Shown here piece after piece: positions 26,222 through 40,695 of a stretch of DNA of 64,000 nucleotides. Under the pieces are notes generated by a model. It did no database searches. It was not told where the DNA came from and was given only the letters and a program-made list of their open reading frames with translations. Made by a program: the position numbers and the translations under genes. The DNA comes from Octopus vulgaris (lineage: Eukaryota). How positions within the stretch are numbered: position 1 is the stretch's first letter; the number at the start of each line of letters is the position of its first letter. The stretch covers positions 26,474,001 through 26,538,000 of the forward strand of contig OX597834.1 in assembly GCA_951406725.2 (NCBI GenBank). The letters are read 5' to 3'.

Positions 26222-27089
26222 CATACATACATACACACATACATAGACATTCTTGGTTTTGATATCAAAGAACAAAGAAGGCATAGAAGGTCAATGATAC
26301 CCAATGTGATCACAATATATGTATGTATGCATGCACGTATGTATGTATGTATGTATGTATGTATATGGACAGATCAAAAATGAAACAAAAACGACAAAAG
26401 TCAAAAGGCTGGACACTCAGTGTGAAAAAATACACACACACATACACACATACTTGACATTGGTCTCAAAGAATCTCCCCCCCCCCAGTTCACTGCTCAC
26501 CAGAGAATATTTATTGAAGACCATAGTACTACAAAATATTTATATATACACGTATGTGTGTGTATGTGTGAATGTATATATATATATATATATCATCATC
26601 ATCATCATCATCATCGTTTAACGTCTGTTCTCCATGCTAGCATGGGTTGGACGGTTCGACCGGGGATCTGGGAAGCCAGAAGGCTGCACCAGGCTCCGGT
26701 CTTATCTGGCAATGTTTCTACAGCTGGATGCCCTTCCTAATGCCAACCACTCCGTGAGTGTAGTGGGTGCTTTTTACGTGCCACCTGCACTGGTGCCAGG
26801 CGAGGCTGGCATCGGCCACGGTCGGATTGGTGCATTTTACGTGCCACCTGCACGATATATATATATATATGTAATCAAAGGTGCAGGAATGGTGTACTCC
26901 GAATGAACAAAGTGAGGTAGAAATCCACGGTAGATATCCATGGTAGAAAGAAATCCATGAATTAGGTACTCCAAACCAGTTGGAAAGATGTGGCTCAATG
27001 TGAATGTGCAGTAAATAGTTAATTAAAAAAAACGGAGAAAAAGACAAGAAAAAGCAACAAAGTGAGGACAAAACACATGTAAAGTATTA

Positions 27090-27337
27090 ATAAGATGCTC
27101 AGAGAAAGAAAAGAGTGGTTGTTTTATGTTCCGAGTATAGGTCCTCTTTGGAAACAGGAAACATAAGAAAGTCCAAAGGAAAAGGAAGAAGAAGAAAAAT
27201 CACCAACAGTTCCCATATAGTTACATATATAACCCCTTCTTCCTTTTCCTTTGGACTTTCCTATGTTTCCTGTTTCCAAAGAAGAGCTATGCTCGAAACA
27301 TAAAACAACCACTCTTTTCATTCTCTGAGCATCTTAT
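27090..27337. mobile_element. Inverted pair of Penelope-like terminal repeats
   Basis: Arms about 27090-27191 and 27236-27337. Same family as about 3530-3720, with a decayed hammerhead core at 27272-27306. Confidence 0.6.
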
Positions 27338-27705
27338 ATGTGCTATGTCCTCATGTTGTTTTTTCTTGTTTTTTCTCCACTTTTTGAATTTACTATATGT
27401 ATATATACATATATAAATATGTGTGTGTGTGCTTTTGTTTGTATGTTTGTATACATTTATCTATTTGTCTATCTGTCTAGCTATCTATGCACACACACAT
27501 ACACACATACATGTGTGTATATGCATATGTATATATGTGTCTATAAGTATATATATCTATACATATTGGTAAAACGGTAAGATAACAAAAGAAAGAAAGA
27601 GACCTCAATATTGTGTAAATAGAGGAAATTTATCTATAAAATAATATGTTACATTACTCGATAGTCAAGATAAAACTCTGAGTTTCAGATGCCGAAGTGG
27701 GAATA

Positions 27706-27753
<48 letters not shown>

Positions 27754-27791
27754 CGTGTGTGTGTATCTATATCATATATATATGTAGTATG

Positions 27792-27854
<63 letters not shown>

Positions 27855-29887
27855 ACATATATGTGTATGTGTGTGTGTGTGTGAGACTGACAAAAGTAAA
27901 AGAATATATATTGATATTTCATTGTGTGTGCCACTACAAACCACAAATATTGACATGAAAGAGCCATGAAAATCCTGTTTACTCAGCTGTTGATACAATA
28001 ATCACATCATAAAGCTAGCATTATCAATGATTTCTAAAATATATAATCATCTGGAACAAAATATAACAGCAAAAATAAATAAAGATAACTAAAAGCTATA
28101 AAGATTTGGGGATTTTTTGTAGTATAGCAGTATGAGCAACCAAGCTTTCTCTTATGTTATATATTCATCATCACCGTTTAACGTCCGTTTTCCATGCTAG
28201 CATGGGTTGGACGGTTCAACTGGGGTTTGGGAAGCCAGAAGGCTGCACCAGGCCCAGTCTGATCTGGCAGTGTTTCTACAGCTGGATGGCCTTCCTAACG
28301 CCAACCGCTCTGTGAGTGTAGTGGGTGCTTTTTACATGCCACCTGCACAGGTGCCAGACGAGGCTGGCAAACGGCCACGATCGGATGGTATTTTTTACGT
28401 GCCACCGGCATGGGGGCCAGACGAAGCTGGCAATGGCCACAATCAGATGGTGCTTTTTTTATGTGCCACCGGCACGGAGGCCAGTCAGGGCGGCGCTGGC
28501 AACGGCCACGTTCGGATATATTTTCTAGTTAGTGTGTTTACAGTTAATGCAACGCTACTTATTATGTTTCTTATTTGGAAATAGATAAAATTATTTGGCT
28601 TTTAAAGTAAGGATGTATATAATGATAAAACCGCCACTTATAACTTACTTAAGTGTTATCATTATATGCAAATCCGAAATACAGTTGTAGAAACGCCATA
28701 GAGAAATATACTTCCTGGAACGCTAACAAACATTAGCGAGAATGTATGTTGAATATGATTTTCGTGTTCTTTTAACCGCTGTAAGAAAATACAATTTAAT
28801 AATTACAGAAATACATTTTATATATAGTTGAAGAACGTGAAGAAAGAGAAAGCATTTTCTTAATTAATTTTTATTATATACATGATGATGATGATGATGA
28901 TGATATAGCATTTTTATATTATATACATTTTGAAGAAAAGTAAATTTTGTCGTAGAGAATTACGACTATATATTTTAACTATCTAATTTCTCATTCTAGC
29001 TAATATTAAATCTCAACAATTCAAACAAGACTTGTTGGATTTTCCTTGGACATGGCATGAAAGAATCACCAATGTCTCAATGGAGTGAGTGTTGTGGAGT
29101 TTAGTTACATCCAACAAACACTGAAGTTTTTCCCAAAATCCAGGGTTGACTTTAAAGAATCGAAATTACATACAAATATTCTTTTACTAATTCTTAGTAT
29201 TCCTATATGAGCAGTTATATTAACCAATGGAAAAACGACAATGATATTTCTTTAGCAATACGACATTACATCATATTGCCAGCTACCACAAATTGGCGCC
29301 TTATTTAAAAATGGCTACACCAGTTCCAAATAAAAACTGCTAATGATTCTGCCAGCTCACCGCCTTTATCCTGGTACTTATTCTATTGACCTTTTTTGCT
29401 GAACCACTAAGTTATACAGATGTTAAATCAACACTAGTTGTGAAAGCATGGTGGGGGGATGAACACACACACACACATGCAATGAGCTTTTTTTTAGTTT
29501 CCATCTACCAAATCCACTCACAAGGCTTTGGTTGACCTGGTGCTATAGTAGAAGACACTTGCCCAAGGTGTCACACAGCATAACTGGACCCAAGGTGCCA
29601 CATGGCAGGGAAGCAAGCTTCTTAATCACTCCACACCATCAGATAACAACAACAGCCTGATAAAGCCAAGATGGTCACTTTCGGAATGCCTTTGATCAGA
29701 CACAACAGCAACTACATCAACAAAGTTTTAGGTTAATCACACTGTGTACTCATCTGCTTAGTTCTTTATGAACGCCCTGACAAACTTTGAGGGGTGGGGA
29801 CAAAAAAAATAAAAGAATGGTGACATTCAAAAGAGTTTGCATTCCAAAGCAATCCGATACAGTGTTGCTATTATTATTATTATTATT

Positions 29888-29920
<33 letters not shown>

Positions 29921-30102
29921 GCTGTTGTTGTTGTTATTACAGTGGTCGACACATCTCATTCTAGACAGACTGACATTAATGTGAGTAATGATCGGCATTT
30001 TAAGGCAGCCTGACATTACACTGATGTAGACAACAATCAGCATTCTATACATCATCGTCTTTGTCAGACTCCTCCTCCTCCTCATTATCATCATCATCAT
30101 CG

Positions 30103-30137
<35 letters not shown>

Positions 30138-31399
30138 GTCATCATCATCGTTGTCGTCGTCGTCATCATCATCATCCTCCTCCTCCTCCTCCTCCTCCTC
30201 ATCATCATCATCATCATCATCATTGCCTTCATCATCATCATCACCATCATGACCACCACCACCACTGCCACCGCCGCCACCGCCACCACTACCACATAGT
30301 TTTTCATTAATTTTTGACATGCTGAGGCATGGCCGAGTAGTGCAGAAACTTGCTTCCCAACCATGTGGTCTTGAGTTCAGTCCCACAGAGTGACACCTTG
30401 GACTAGTGTCTTTTATTATATCACTCAAACAGACCCTTAAGTAGATTTGAGACTGTGACCTGTTCACTGACAAAATTCCATGCAGCACGGAATTTTGTCA
30501 GTGGAAAGGTCGCGGTCTCAAAATGACGAAAATATTTTGGCAAAGTAAATTTAAATGTCTAACAGTTTTTGGGTGTTTCTTAAATGGCTTATAAACACCT
30601 TCCATGCTGCAACTGTTTTTGTTCCAGAACACGATCTCAGATCAGCTCACTTGCATGAAATGAATCAAAAATATATCATATAATGCCATAATATAGTTTA
30701 ATGTAATATAATTTAACAAGTCAAGTGAGTTGGCAGAATCATTAGCACACCAATATTTTCGTCACATTTCATCTGTCTTACATTCTGAGTTCAAATTCTG
30801 CTGAGGTCAACTCTGCTTTTCACCATTTTGGGGTTGATAAAATAAGTACCAGTTATGCTCTGGGGTTAATGTAATCAACTTTCCCCTTCTCCTAAAATTG
30901 CTGACCTGGTGCCAAAATTTGAAACCAATATGATATAATTAAACATAATTTATTATAATTTATTTAAAGTTCCATAGTTAAATGCAGAAGCCAAAAACAC
31001 AAAAATCTAATTAAACATAATTTATTATAATTTATTTAAAGTTCCATAGTTAAATGCAGAAGCCAAAAACACAAAAATCTAGGCCACCAGGCATTAGTCA
31101 TTACTCATTAATCTAGATAAATCTGTGATTTCCATGGTGCAAATATCTGATTAATGATGTAGACCCCAACCTCAACTCCCACTTCCGTCATCACTGAAAT
31201 TCCTTTACATAATCAAATGAAATATTTCACCATAATATCAACGAAGCATTAATTAATTAATGAAAACATCTTTAACTATACACCCAAACCTGGGTGCAGG
31301 CCTAGGTGGATAATTAAGAAACCAACTTTGTGGCATATAGCCTCTGGGTTCACTTCTACTTAGTGGCACTTTGGGTTAGTGGCTTCCAGGAATGTTTTA

Positions 31400-31520
31400 T
31401 CATGACACCCAGTCTTTCCTCCCCACAGTATCATCCCTCCAGAATTCCATCCCCACTCATATCTTTCCTGCAGGTGTTGATTTGCAAGGGTTCAAGAGGA
31501 ACATTAATGGCATCAGTTCC
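31400..31520 (+). mobile_element. LINE (CR1/Jockey-like) ORF2 C-terminal remnant
   Basis: SFLPTVSSLQNSIPTHIFPAGVDLQGFKRNIN resembles the SFFPRT..LWNSLP..IFP...L..FK..IN terminus. Confidence 0.55.
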
Positions 31521-32515
31521 ACCAGTCTTGGAAGGCCTGCGAAGGACACGGGTGCTGCTCCTTCTTTTCAGACCCAGCAAATTAAATAATAAAACCTGCG
31601 GAAACCCATGAACTAGATGTCGGGATGCAAAGTGACATTGTTGAAGAATGGTACATCACCACCACGACCACCACCACCACCACCACCACCACCATAACTA
31701 TCATCACCATTACCATGACTATGACCACCGCCACCACCATCATCACCACTACCGCAGTGACCACCACCACCGCCGCAGTGACCACCACCACCATCAGCAT
31801 CAACCCTGGATATTATTGTTTTGATTCCCTGGACTAATGGAGCCGGTTTACCTAATTTCTATGGTATATATATATAAATGACCAAGATCACAAAATTCCC
31901 TCTGAATGGGACACGAGTCCATTGCGGGGTTAACTCATTTACAGCTGAGTGGACTGGAGCAACAGGAAATGAAGTGTTTTGCACAAGGACACAATACAAT
32001 GCCCAGTCCAGGAATTGAAACCATGATCTTGAAATCGTGAGTGCAACACACTAACCACTAGGCCACCACATATTCACTCATGCTACATAGCAAACACTGA
32101 TTAAATTATTTCAATGGGAGGTGACTTTCCAGACAGTGAAATTCTAAATATTCCAATGAGTATTTTTCATTATTTTCGTCAAGATTTACACAAGATTTTC
32201 TAGGGTTTGTTATCTCATTATATAGTAACGACAAAAAATGCAAATGAGAAGAGAATTTGCAAACTTTTGGCAAAATTTCAACTAGTTAAATGCTTCAATT
32301 CTTAAATGAATCATCAAACATGCTAGTATCATTTGTCTTGCTGAAAAGCAGTGAGTTGGCAGAATTGTTCACACGCTGGGTGAAATGGTTAGCGGTATTT
32401 CGTCTGCCGCTATGTTCTAAGTTCAAATTCCGCTGAGGTCGACTTTGCCTTTCATCCTTTCGGGGTCGATTAAATAAGTACCAGTTACACACTGGAGTCA
32501 ATATAATCGACTTAA

Positions 32516-32735
32516 CCCTTTAGTGTTTAAACTGGCCATATCCGACCCAAATATTCTGTATGTTTTATATTCAAACTGGTGATATCTAGCCTCTCACACC
32601 TAACCTACAATGTCATGCTAAAAATAAACAATCACATCATTGAAACCTCAAAGCTATAAGATAATGCATGATTAATTCAAAACAATTTGAGTGAAAAAGT
32701 ATTACATTTAACAGAATAATCTGAATACTAAAGGG
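32516..32735. mobile_element. piggyBac-type MITE (family 2) inserted into a SINE at TTAA
   Basis: TTAA duplication on both sides, TIR ccctttagt/actaaaggg. It splits the SINE sequence atcgacttaa|tcc. Confidence 0.8.
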
Positions 32736-35700
32736 TTAATTCCTTTGTCTGTCCTTGTTTGTCTTCTCTGTGTTTAGCCCCTTGTGGGTAGTAAAGAAAT
32801 AAGTATTTCGTCTGCCGTTACATTCTGAGTTCAAATTCTGCCAAGGTCACCTTTGTCTTTCATCCCTTTTGGGGTTGGTCAAATAAGTACCAGTTGAACA
32901 CTGGGGTCAATGTAATCAACTTATCCTGTCCTCTGAAATTGTTGGCCCCATGCCAAAATTTAAAGACGGTGGCAAGCAGGCAGAATCATTAGCATGCTAA
33001 AAGGTGGTGAGCTGGCAGAAATATTAGCATGCCGAGCAAAATGCTTAGCTGTATTTCGTTCGCTGTTACGTTCTGAGTTCAAATTCTGACAAGGTTGACT
33101 TTGCCTTTCATCCTTTCAGGGTCAATAAATTAAGTACCAGTTACGCACTGGGATCGATGTAATTGACTTAATCCGTTTGTCGTATATATGTATATATATG
33201 TATGTGTGTGTATATGCTTGTGTGTCTGTGTTTATCCCTCTAGCATTGCTTGACAACTGATGGTCGTGTGTTTACATACACGTAACTTAGTGGTTCAGCA
33301 AGAGAGACCGATAGTATAAGTACCAGGCTTACAAAGAATAAGTCCTGGGGTTGATTTGCTCAACTAAAGGTGGTGCTCCAGCATGGCCATAGTCAAATGA
33401 CTGAAACAAGTAAAAGAGTAAAATATTCTGTTAAAATGAGATGTCAGTGTTATTTTCATTTTTGAGTAATTTAGACGACAATGTATTCACCACACCCTGC
33501 ATACATATCTATTTATCTGTCTGTCTGTCTCTCTCCCTCCCTCTCTCTCTGTATATATATATATATATATATAAGACAGGCTTCTTTCAGTTTCTGTCAA
33601 CAAAATCTTATCACAAGGGTTTAATCTGTGCAGGGCTATAGTAGAAGACACTTGCCCAAGATGAGACTCAGTGGGTCTGAACTTGGAACTGTGTGGTTGG
33701 GAAGCAAAATCTTCTTGCCACATAGCCATGCATGTGCCTATGATTAAAGAAAACAAGGCAGGATAGTCATGGCTGGAATTCCTTCAATTTTTCATTTGCA
33801 TTTCTACCCAATCAGAACAGACCTGGGGATAAACAACAACAGCAACAACACCATGAAAAGATTACAGTAATACTTTTTTATCAGATTGTCCTATCCCCAC
33901 CCCCACACGCAGACATATATAAAGATAGGAGAAGACATTGTTAAGCAATATAATACTTTAGTATTTCAAAAAATCATGATCAGTCATGACTTAAGATTAT
34001 TTTATCATGAGGAAAGATTTTAAACAAACATGTGTGGTGTGTAGCTTATAAATGAAGTCACTGTTTGAGAGAGATTTTCCAGCCACTGTTTTAACGATTT
34101 TAGTTATAACAAGCCGTAAGAGAAGTTCATAAATCCCATTGCATTGTAGGAATATATAGGGTGAATCAAAAGTGGGGCCCAATTCATGTTTAGGGTTGAT
34201 GTGTATGACTTCCCAGTTGGGAGATACTTTGACTCCCTAATTCTTGTTTTAAAGGTTGGGATACTCTCTTTTACTCTTTTACTTGTTTCAGTCATTTGAC
34301 TGCGGCCATGCTGGAGCACCGCCTTTAGTCGAGCAAATCGACCCCGGGACTTGTTCTTTGTAAGCCCAGTACTTATTCTATCGGTCTCTTTTGCCGAACC
34401 GCTAAGTGATGGGGACGTAAACACACCAGCATCGGTTGTCAAGCAATGCTAGGGGGACAAACACAGACACACATGCTCCTTTATTGCCTTGGCACACTTT
34501 TCTGAGTCTAATCTCAAGTCAGTTTTTCTTGTGGAGTTATAAACTTTCTTGAGGAATTTTGATTATTTATCATCTACAGCTGTGATTCTGAACCAAGGTC
34601 CATATGACTCCTGGGGTTCCATATAAGATTTTTGGGGGTCCATGCAAGCAAAATTCTTGTTTTAAAGGTTAGGATATTAAAGGTTAATAACAACATGACT
34701 CATGACTCATAATTCTGGCTACCTGGTTTACAGGGTGCATAAGTGACCAAGAAAACAACACTCCCTCTGAATGTGATGCCAGCCCATTGTAGCTGAGCAG
34801 ACAGGAGCAACTTGAAGGGTTTTACTCAAGGACTCACTGCATCACTTGGTCCTGGAGTTAAAAGCACAACCTTGTGATTGTGAGGGCAACAACCGAACCA
34901 CTTGACCACATGCCTTGTCATTATCCTTGATTATTAATTACTTTGGTATGGCTTCTATAGCTGGACGCTGTTTACAACACCAACCACTTCACAGTGTGTA
35001 CTGTGAGCTTTTTTGTGTCACTGACATTCGTGAAGTTGTTAAAGTAACCGCATGACAGGAAAAGAAATTGAACAAACCCTGTTGACTGAATAAGTGGGTG
35101 GAGTTTATGACAAATGCATAAACCCATTATATTGTGAAATTTTATACATTATAGGTGTAGGCATAGCTGTGTGGTAACCACATGATTTTAGGTTAAGTCC
35201 TCTCTTGGACAAGTGTCTTCTCCTATAGCCTTGGATTCACCAAAGTCTTGTGAGTGAAATTGGTAGACAGAAACTGAAAGGCGGTGAGCTGGCAGAAACG
35301 TTAGCACGCCGGGCAAAATGCTTAGCAGTATATCGTCTGTCTTTATGTTCTGAGTTCAAATTCCGCTGAGGTTGACTTTGCCTTTCATCCTTTCGGGGTC
35401 GATTAAATAAGTATCAGTTATGTACTGGGTTTGATGTAATCGACTTAATCCCTTTGTCTGTCCCTTCTATGTTTAGTCCCTTGTGGGCAATATAAAAAAA
35501 GAAGAAACTGAAAGAAGCCTGTTACGTGTGTCAGTGTGTGTGTGTGTGTGTGTTAGTGTGTGTTTGTTCCCCACTACCTCTTGACAACCAGTGTTGGTTT
35601 GTTTACATCCTTGTAACTTAGTAGTTTGGCAAGAGAGATCAATAGAATATGTTCTGGGATTAAAACTAAAAAATAAGTACTGGCATCGATTGATTTGACT

Positions 35701-36267
35701 AAAAGGTCTTCGAGGCGATGCCCCAGCATGGCCCCACTCTAAACAACTAAAACAAATAAAAGATAAAACATAAAAGATTATTTTCAGAGAATTAGCATGT
35801 TGTTGTTTGTCCGGTTTGAAGAAAGTTATTCAGACGAAAATATAAATAGATTCTAATAAATCGTGAAAGTACATTTTCGCTTGAACTCAAAATGACTGAC
35901 TGTGCTGATTAACGGCTTATGACTAATTTCTTGATTCTCAGATTACAAGATGTCCTGGCTAACAAAAAACTGTGTGACTTTTTTTACCAAAAGGGAACTA
36001 TTGAAGCAAACTTGTTTCTCTACTTGACAACCTGGATTCTATGAGTTGTAAAGAAATATACACAATACAGTTCTGTAATGTAAATAATGTAAATATAAAA
36101 AAAAATAGCATAAGTCCCTGTCATCGTTTCATAGATTTTGATACCAGTACCTCATCTTAGAGTACTGTCCTGATGTAGAACTTGCAGACGAAGAATTTAT
36201 AGGTCAAAAATAAAGTATCTTGGTGTCAAACATGTCAACGTCACTATATGACATCATAACTTCAAAT

Positions 36268-36508
36268 CACCATCGTCATCATCATCATCATCATCACCAC
36301 CAGCACCACCACCACCACCACCGCCACCACCACCGCCACCACCACCACCATCACCACCACCACCACCACCACCACCGCCACCGCCACTGCCACCGCCACC
36401 GCCACCACCAGCACCAGCACCAGCACCAGCACCACCACCAGCACCAGCACCAGCACCAGCACCAGCACCACCACCACCACCAGCACCAGCACCACCACCA
36501 CCACCAGC

Positions 36509-36539
<31 letters not shown>

Positions 36540-36630
36540 CCACCACCACCACCACCACCACCACCACCACCACCACCAAACCACCACCACCACCACCATC
36601 ACCATCATCATCATCATCATCATCATCGTC
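36268..36630. repeat. (CAC)n/(CACCAG)n microsatellite
   Basis: Direct observation. Confidence 0.95.
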
Positions 36631-38560
36631 CATTTAATGTCTATTTTCCATGCTGGCATAGGTTGGGTGGTTTGACAGGAGTTGGCCACCTAAAGAGCTG
36701 CTCAGATTCCGTGTCTATTTCGGTATGGTTGCTATGGCTGGATGGCCTTCCTTAACACCAACCATTTTACAGAGTGTATTGGGTGCTTTTACATGACACC
36801 AGCACCCATGAGCCAGCAAGATTAGGAATGTTTAGCTGATGAAGGATATAAGAAACATAAAGGTGGCGAGGAGCTGGCAGAATCGTTAGCACGCCAGGTG
36901 AAATATTTAACAGTATTTCGTCTGTCACTACGTTCTGAGTTCAAATTCTGCCAAGGTCGACTTTACCTTTCATCCTTTCGGAGTCGATAAATTAAATACC
37001 AGTTACACACTGGGGTCGATGTAATCAGCTTAATCCCTTTGTCTAATCCTTGTTTGTCCCCTCTATGTTTACCCCCTTTGTCGGCAATAAAGATAAAAGA
37101 TGTAAGAAACATGTCTGTATGCAAGGACAACCACAATTTTAATTAGCTTAACGAGTTTTCTCAACCACAGCAAACCGTCAGAAGTCTCAGTCCCTTGTCA
37201 TCCGCTTTGTGAGGCTAAATGCCTGAAGATCCTTTCTCACCACTTTGTCCCATGTCTTCCTGGGTCTAACTCCTTCACATGTTCCCTCCATAATTCAAAT
37301 ATTTAGGACAAATAATAAACCAGTAAAGGCCCTTGTAGAAGTTACTGAAAGAATGAATTAGTCTAAAACATCTACAAGAATAAAAAGAGACCCTCACCTC
37401 AAAAGATGTAATAATGCCCCTAAAACTGATGCTACAAAACTGTTATTTTGGCCAGATACAGTCAGTTTAACTGCTAAAGGGTTAAACAAGAGGAATGGAT
37501 GATTCTTTTTAAAAGCTTAGCCTTCTAAAATATACTCACGACAAAGTAATTGTATTAGGACACACAGACGCAGGAGTGGCTGTGTGGTAAGTAGCTTGCT
37601 AACCAGCCACATGGTTCTGGGTTCTGGGTTCAGTCCCACTGCGTGGCATCTTGGGCAAGTGTCTTCTGCTATAGCCCCGGGCCGACCAATGCCTTGTGAG
37701 TGGATTTGGTAGACGGAAACTGAAAGAAGCCTGTGGTATATATGTATATATATATATATGTATGTGTGTGTCTGTGTTTGTCCCCCTAGCATTGCTTGAC
37801 AACCGGATGCTGGTGTGTTTACGTCCCCGTCACTTAGCAGTTCGGCAAAAGAGACCGATAGAATAAGTACTGGGCTTACAAAGAATAAGTCCCGGGGTCG
37901 ATTTGCTCGACTAAAGGCAGTGCTCCAGCATGGCCGCAGTCAAAATGACTGAAACAAGTAAAAGAGTAAAAGAGACGGACATACAGGCAGGCAGACAGGC
38001 AGATATAGTATTATTCTTATGAAATTTACAGCATACATTCCTTTTTAAACATTTTTTTTTTTATTTGTATGCATTGAGCACTCTATGCTCCATTGATTTC
38101 TACGTATTTATATGGCTGTGTATGCTCTAATTTTCTTACCTCAATTTCTTTATTTAGCATGGAATTTGTGCTCCAAATATATTTTCCTTCTCTCCTTTAT
38201 TGCCTTGGCACACTTTTCTGAGTCTAATCTCAAGTCAGTTTTTCTTGTGGAGCTATAAACTTTCTTGAGGAATTTTAATTATTTATCATCTACAGCTGTG
38301 ATTTTCAACCAAAATCTATATGACTCCTGGTGTTCCATATAAGATTTTGTGGGGTTCCATGCAAGCAAAATAGTGAATTGGGGATCCACAGTAGATCCAA
38401 AAAGAAAATTTGTTATAGATGTATTTATTGTAAGAAATAGTGATATTCCTTTCTCTAATGTTTTACGTTGTTAAACCTACACAAGTTGAAGTGTGAGAAA
38501 CCAAAAACAGGTTTTGAAAGAAGCATCTATAAAACTAGTTTTTAATCCTTAAGCATTTAA

Positions 38561-38781
38561 CCCTTTTTTTACCAACCCGGCAGAAACTGGCTCTGGCTCT
38601 GAGTACAAATGTCTTGTTTTCATAAGTTTTGAATTAAAATCTTCCACTAAACCTTAAGTCACCATTTATGTTCCTAACACAAGCTGAATGATAACTAAGT
38701 TACTTTACTAAATTCTTTGTTATATTTTAAGTAATTGAAAGAAACACAGAGCATCCGAAAATACATACAGTAACGAAAGGG
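38561..38781. mobile_element. piggyBac-type MITE (family 1) nested inside a family 2 MITE
   Basis: ttaa|cccttt..tacc ... gtaacgaaaggg|ttaa. Family 2 sequence resumes on the right (aactggccatatc). Confidence 0.75.
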
Positions 38782-39523
38782 TTAAACTGGCCATATCTGG
38801 CCAAAATATTCTACCTGTTTTATGTTCAAACTGACCAGATGTGACCTCTCACACCAATCCTACAATGTCATTCTAAAAATTAACAGTTACTTCATCAAAA
38901 TCTCAAAGCTACAAGGTAATGCATAATTTATTCAAAACAATGTGAATAAATAAGCATTATGGCTCAGTGGTTAGAGAATCATTAGCACGCTGGGTGAAAT
39001 GCTTAGTAATATTTGATCCGACCTCATGATCCGTTGAGGTCGACTTGGCTTTTCATGCTTTCGGAGTCGATAAAATAAGTACCAGTTGAACTCCGAGGCT
39101 GGTGTAATCGACTCATCCCCGCCCTTGTGGCAGAATTTGAAACCATTATTATTATTATTATTATTATTACTTTATAACAATAAGATATATAAAAAGGTAA
39201 TAATATATAAATATGTATATATAAAAAACAGGAAATACCAGTGCATTCCACCAAAATGATGCTGGGGCACAAATATATGAAACGCAATATATCCATCATG
39301 ACTACCCATCTGATAAGGGCCATACACCAGTCACACACATCCCAGCCATGTGTGTGCAACATGATGACCTCACATCAAGATAAACAAACAGTCAACACAT
39401 TGATGGCATGCACTGTTCTCTCGTTCAATAATAATAATAATAGTAATAATAATAATAATAATAATAATGATAATAATAATGATGATGATAATAATAATGA
39501 TAATAATGCTAATAATAATAATA

Positions 39524-39553
<30 letters not shown>

Positions 39554-39554
<1 letters not shown>

Positions 39555-39830
39555 ACAATTCCTATCATAGTAGGTGCATTAGGCATGATAAAAAAATATT
39601 CAGACAAATACATAACAAAAACACCAGGACTTACAAACACATATAACATACAGAAAATTGCACTACTAGGCACTGCACACATCCTACGCAGAACACTTTC
39701 CATACAATAACCATCAGAGCATCACAACAAATCACAGCACATACCCAAGGCACACGGAGCTGTGCTCGGTAGTGCTATAAAAATAAAACTACTGAACAAT
39801 AATAATAATAATAATAATAATAATGATGAT
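39554..39830 (+). mobile_element. 5'-truncated R4/Dong-like retrotransposon inserted in (AAT)n
   Basis: TIPIIVGALGMIKKYSDKYITKTPGLTNTYNIQKIALLGTAHILRRTLSIQ*, then 3' UTR and (aat)n. Confidence 0.8.
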
Positions 39831-39873
39831 GATGATGATAATAATAATGATAATAATGCTAATAATAATAATA

Positions 39874-39908
<35 letters not shown>

Positions 39909-40504
39909 CCTCCTCCTCATCATCATCATCATTATCATCATGGTCATCATCACTGCCACCACCACCACCACCACCACCACCACCACCACCACCACCACCA
40001 CCACCACCACCACCACCACCACCACCACAACCACTGTCACCACCACTGCCGCCCCGGCCGCCATCACCACCACCACCACCACCACCACCACCACCACCAC
40101 CACCATCACCACCACCACCACCACCACCACCACTACCACCACCACCACCACCACCACCATCATCATCATTTAACATCTGTCCTCCATGCTGGCAAGGGTT
40201 AGATGATTCAACAGGATGTGACAAGCCAGAGAACTATGTTGAACTCCATGTCTACTTTGGCACAGTTTATATGGCTCCACGCCCTTCCTAATGCCAACCA
40301 CTTTACAGAGAGGACAAGATTCTGTTTCCCATGGCAGGTCATCAAGTACCTCGACTCTCTCTCTCTCTCTCAACTGGGGAGGCTTTTAATACTGAGGGAG
40401 GTGGCTTTATGTCAGGTGACGAAAGGTTAAAATATGATAGAGGGACAAAAACAAGGTGAGGCATGATGACACCAGTTGAGAAAATAGAGAAATTGATGTT
40501 CTTA

Positions 40505-40690
40505 AAGGTGCCAATTCTTCAACTGATAATGCAGGAATTTTCTTCAAGTAATGCCTCAAGGAGCTTATCATCAAACTCAACTGGACGTCCTGTTCGATCT
40601 TCATCTTCAAGGCTGAAATCTCCACTTCTGAATTTTGCAAACCATCTTCTGCAATTTCTTTCATTCAAGCATTCTTTCCCATAAACTGAG
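40505..40690 (-). mobile_element. Mariner transposase N-terminal (HTH) remnant
   Basis: Minus strand VYGKECLNERNCRRWFAKFRSGDFSLEDEDRTGRPVEFDDKLLEALLEEN(frameshift)PALSVEELA. Confidence 0.8.
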
Positions 40691-40695
40691 TGTAT

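Noticed and set aside
29040-29160. Minus-strand NPGFWEKLQ resembling a dual-specificity phosphatase motif
   Set aside because: In-frame stop just upstream and no other phosphatase exons seen.
36140-36215. YLILEYCPD kinase-hinge-like peptide
   Set aside because: Bounded by stops, with no matching splice sites or other kinase motifs.
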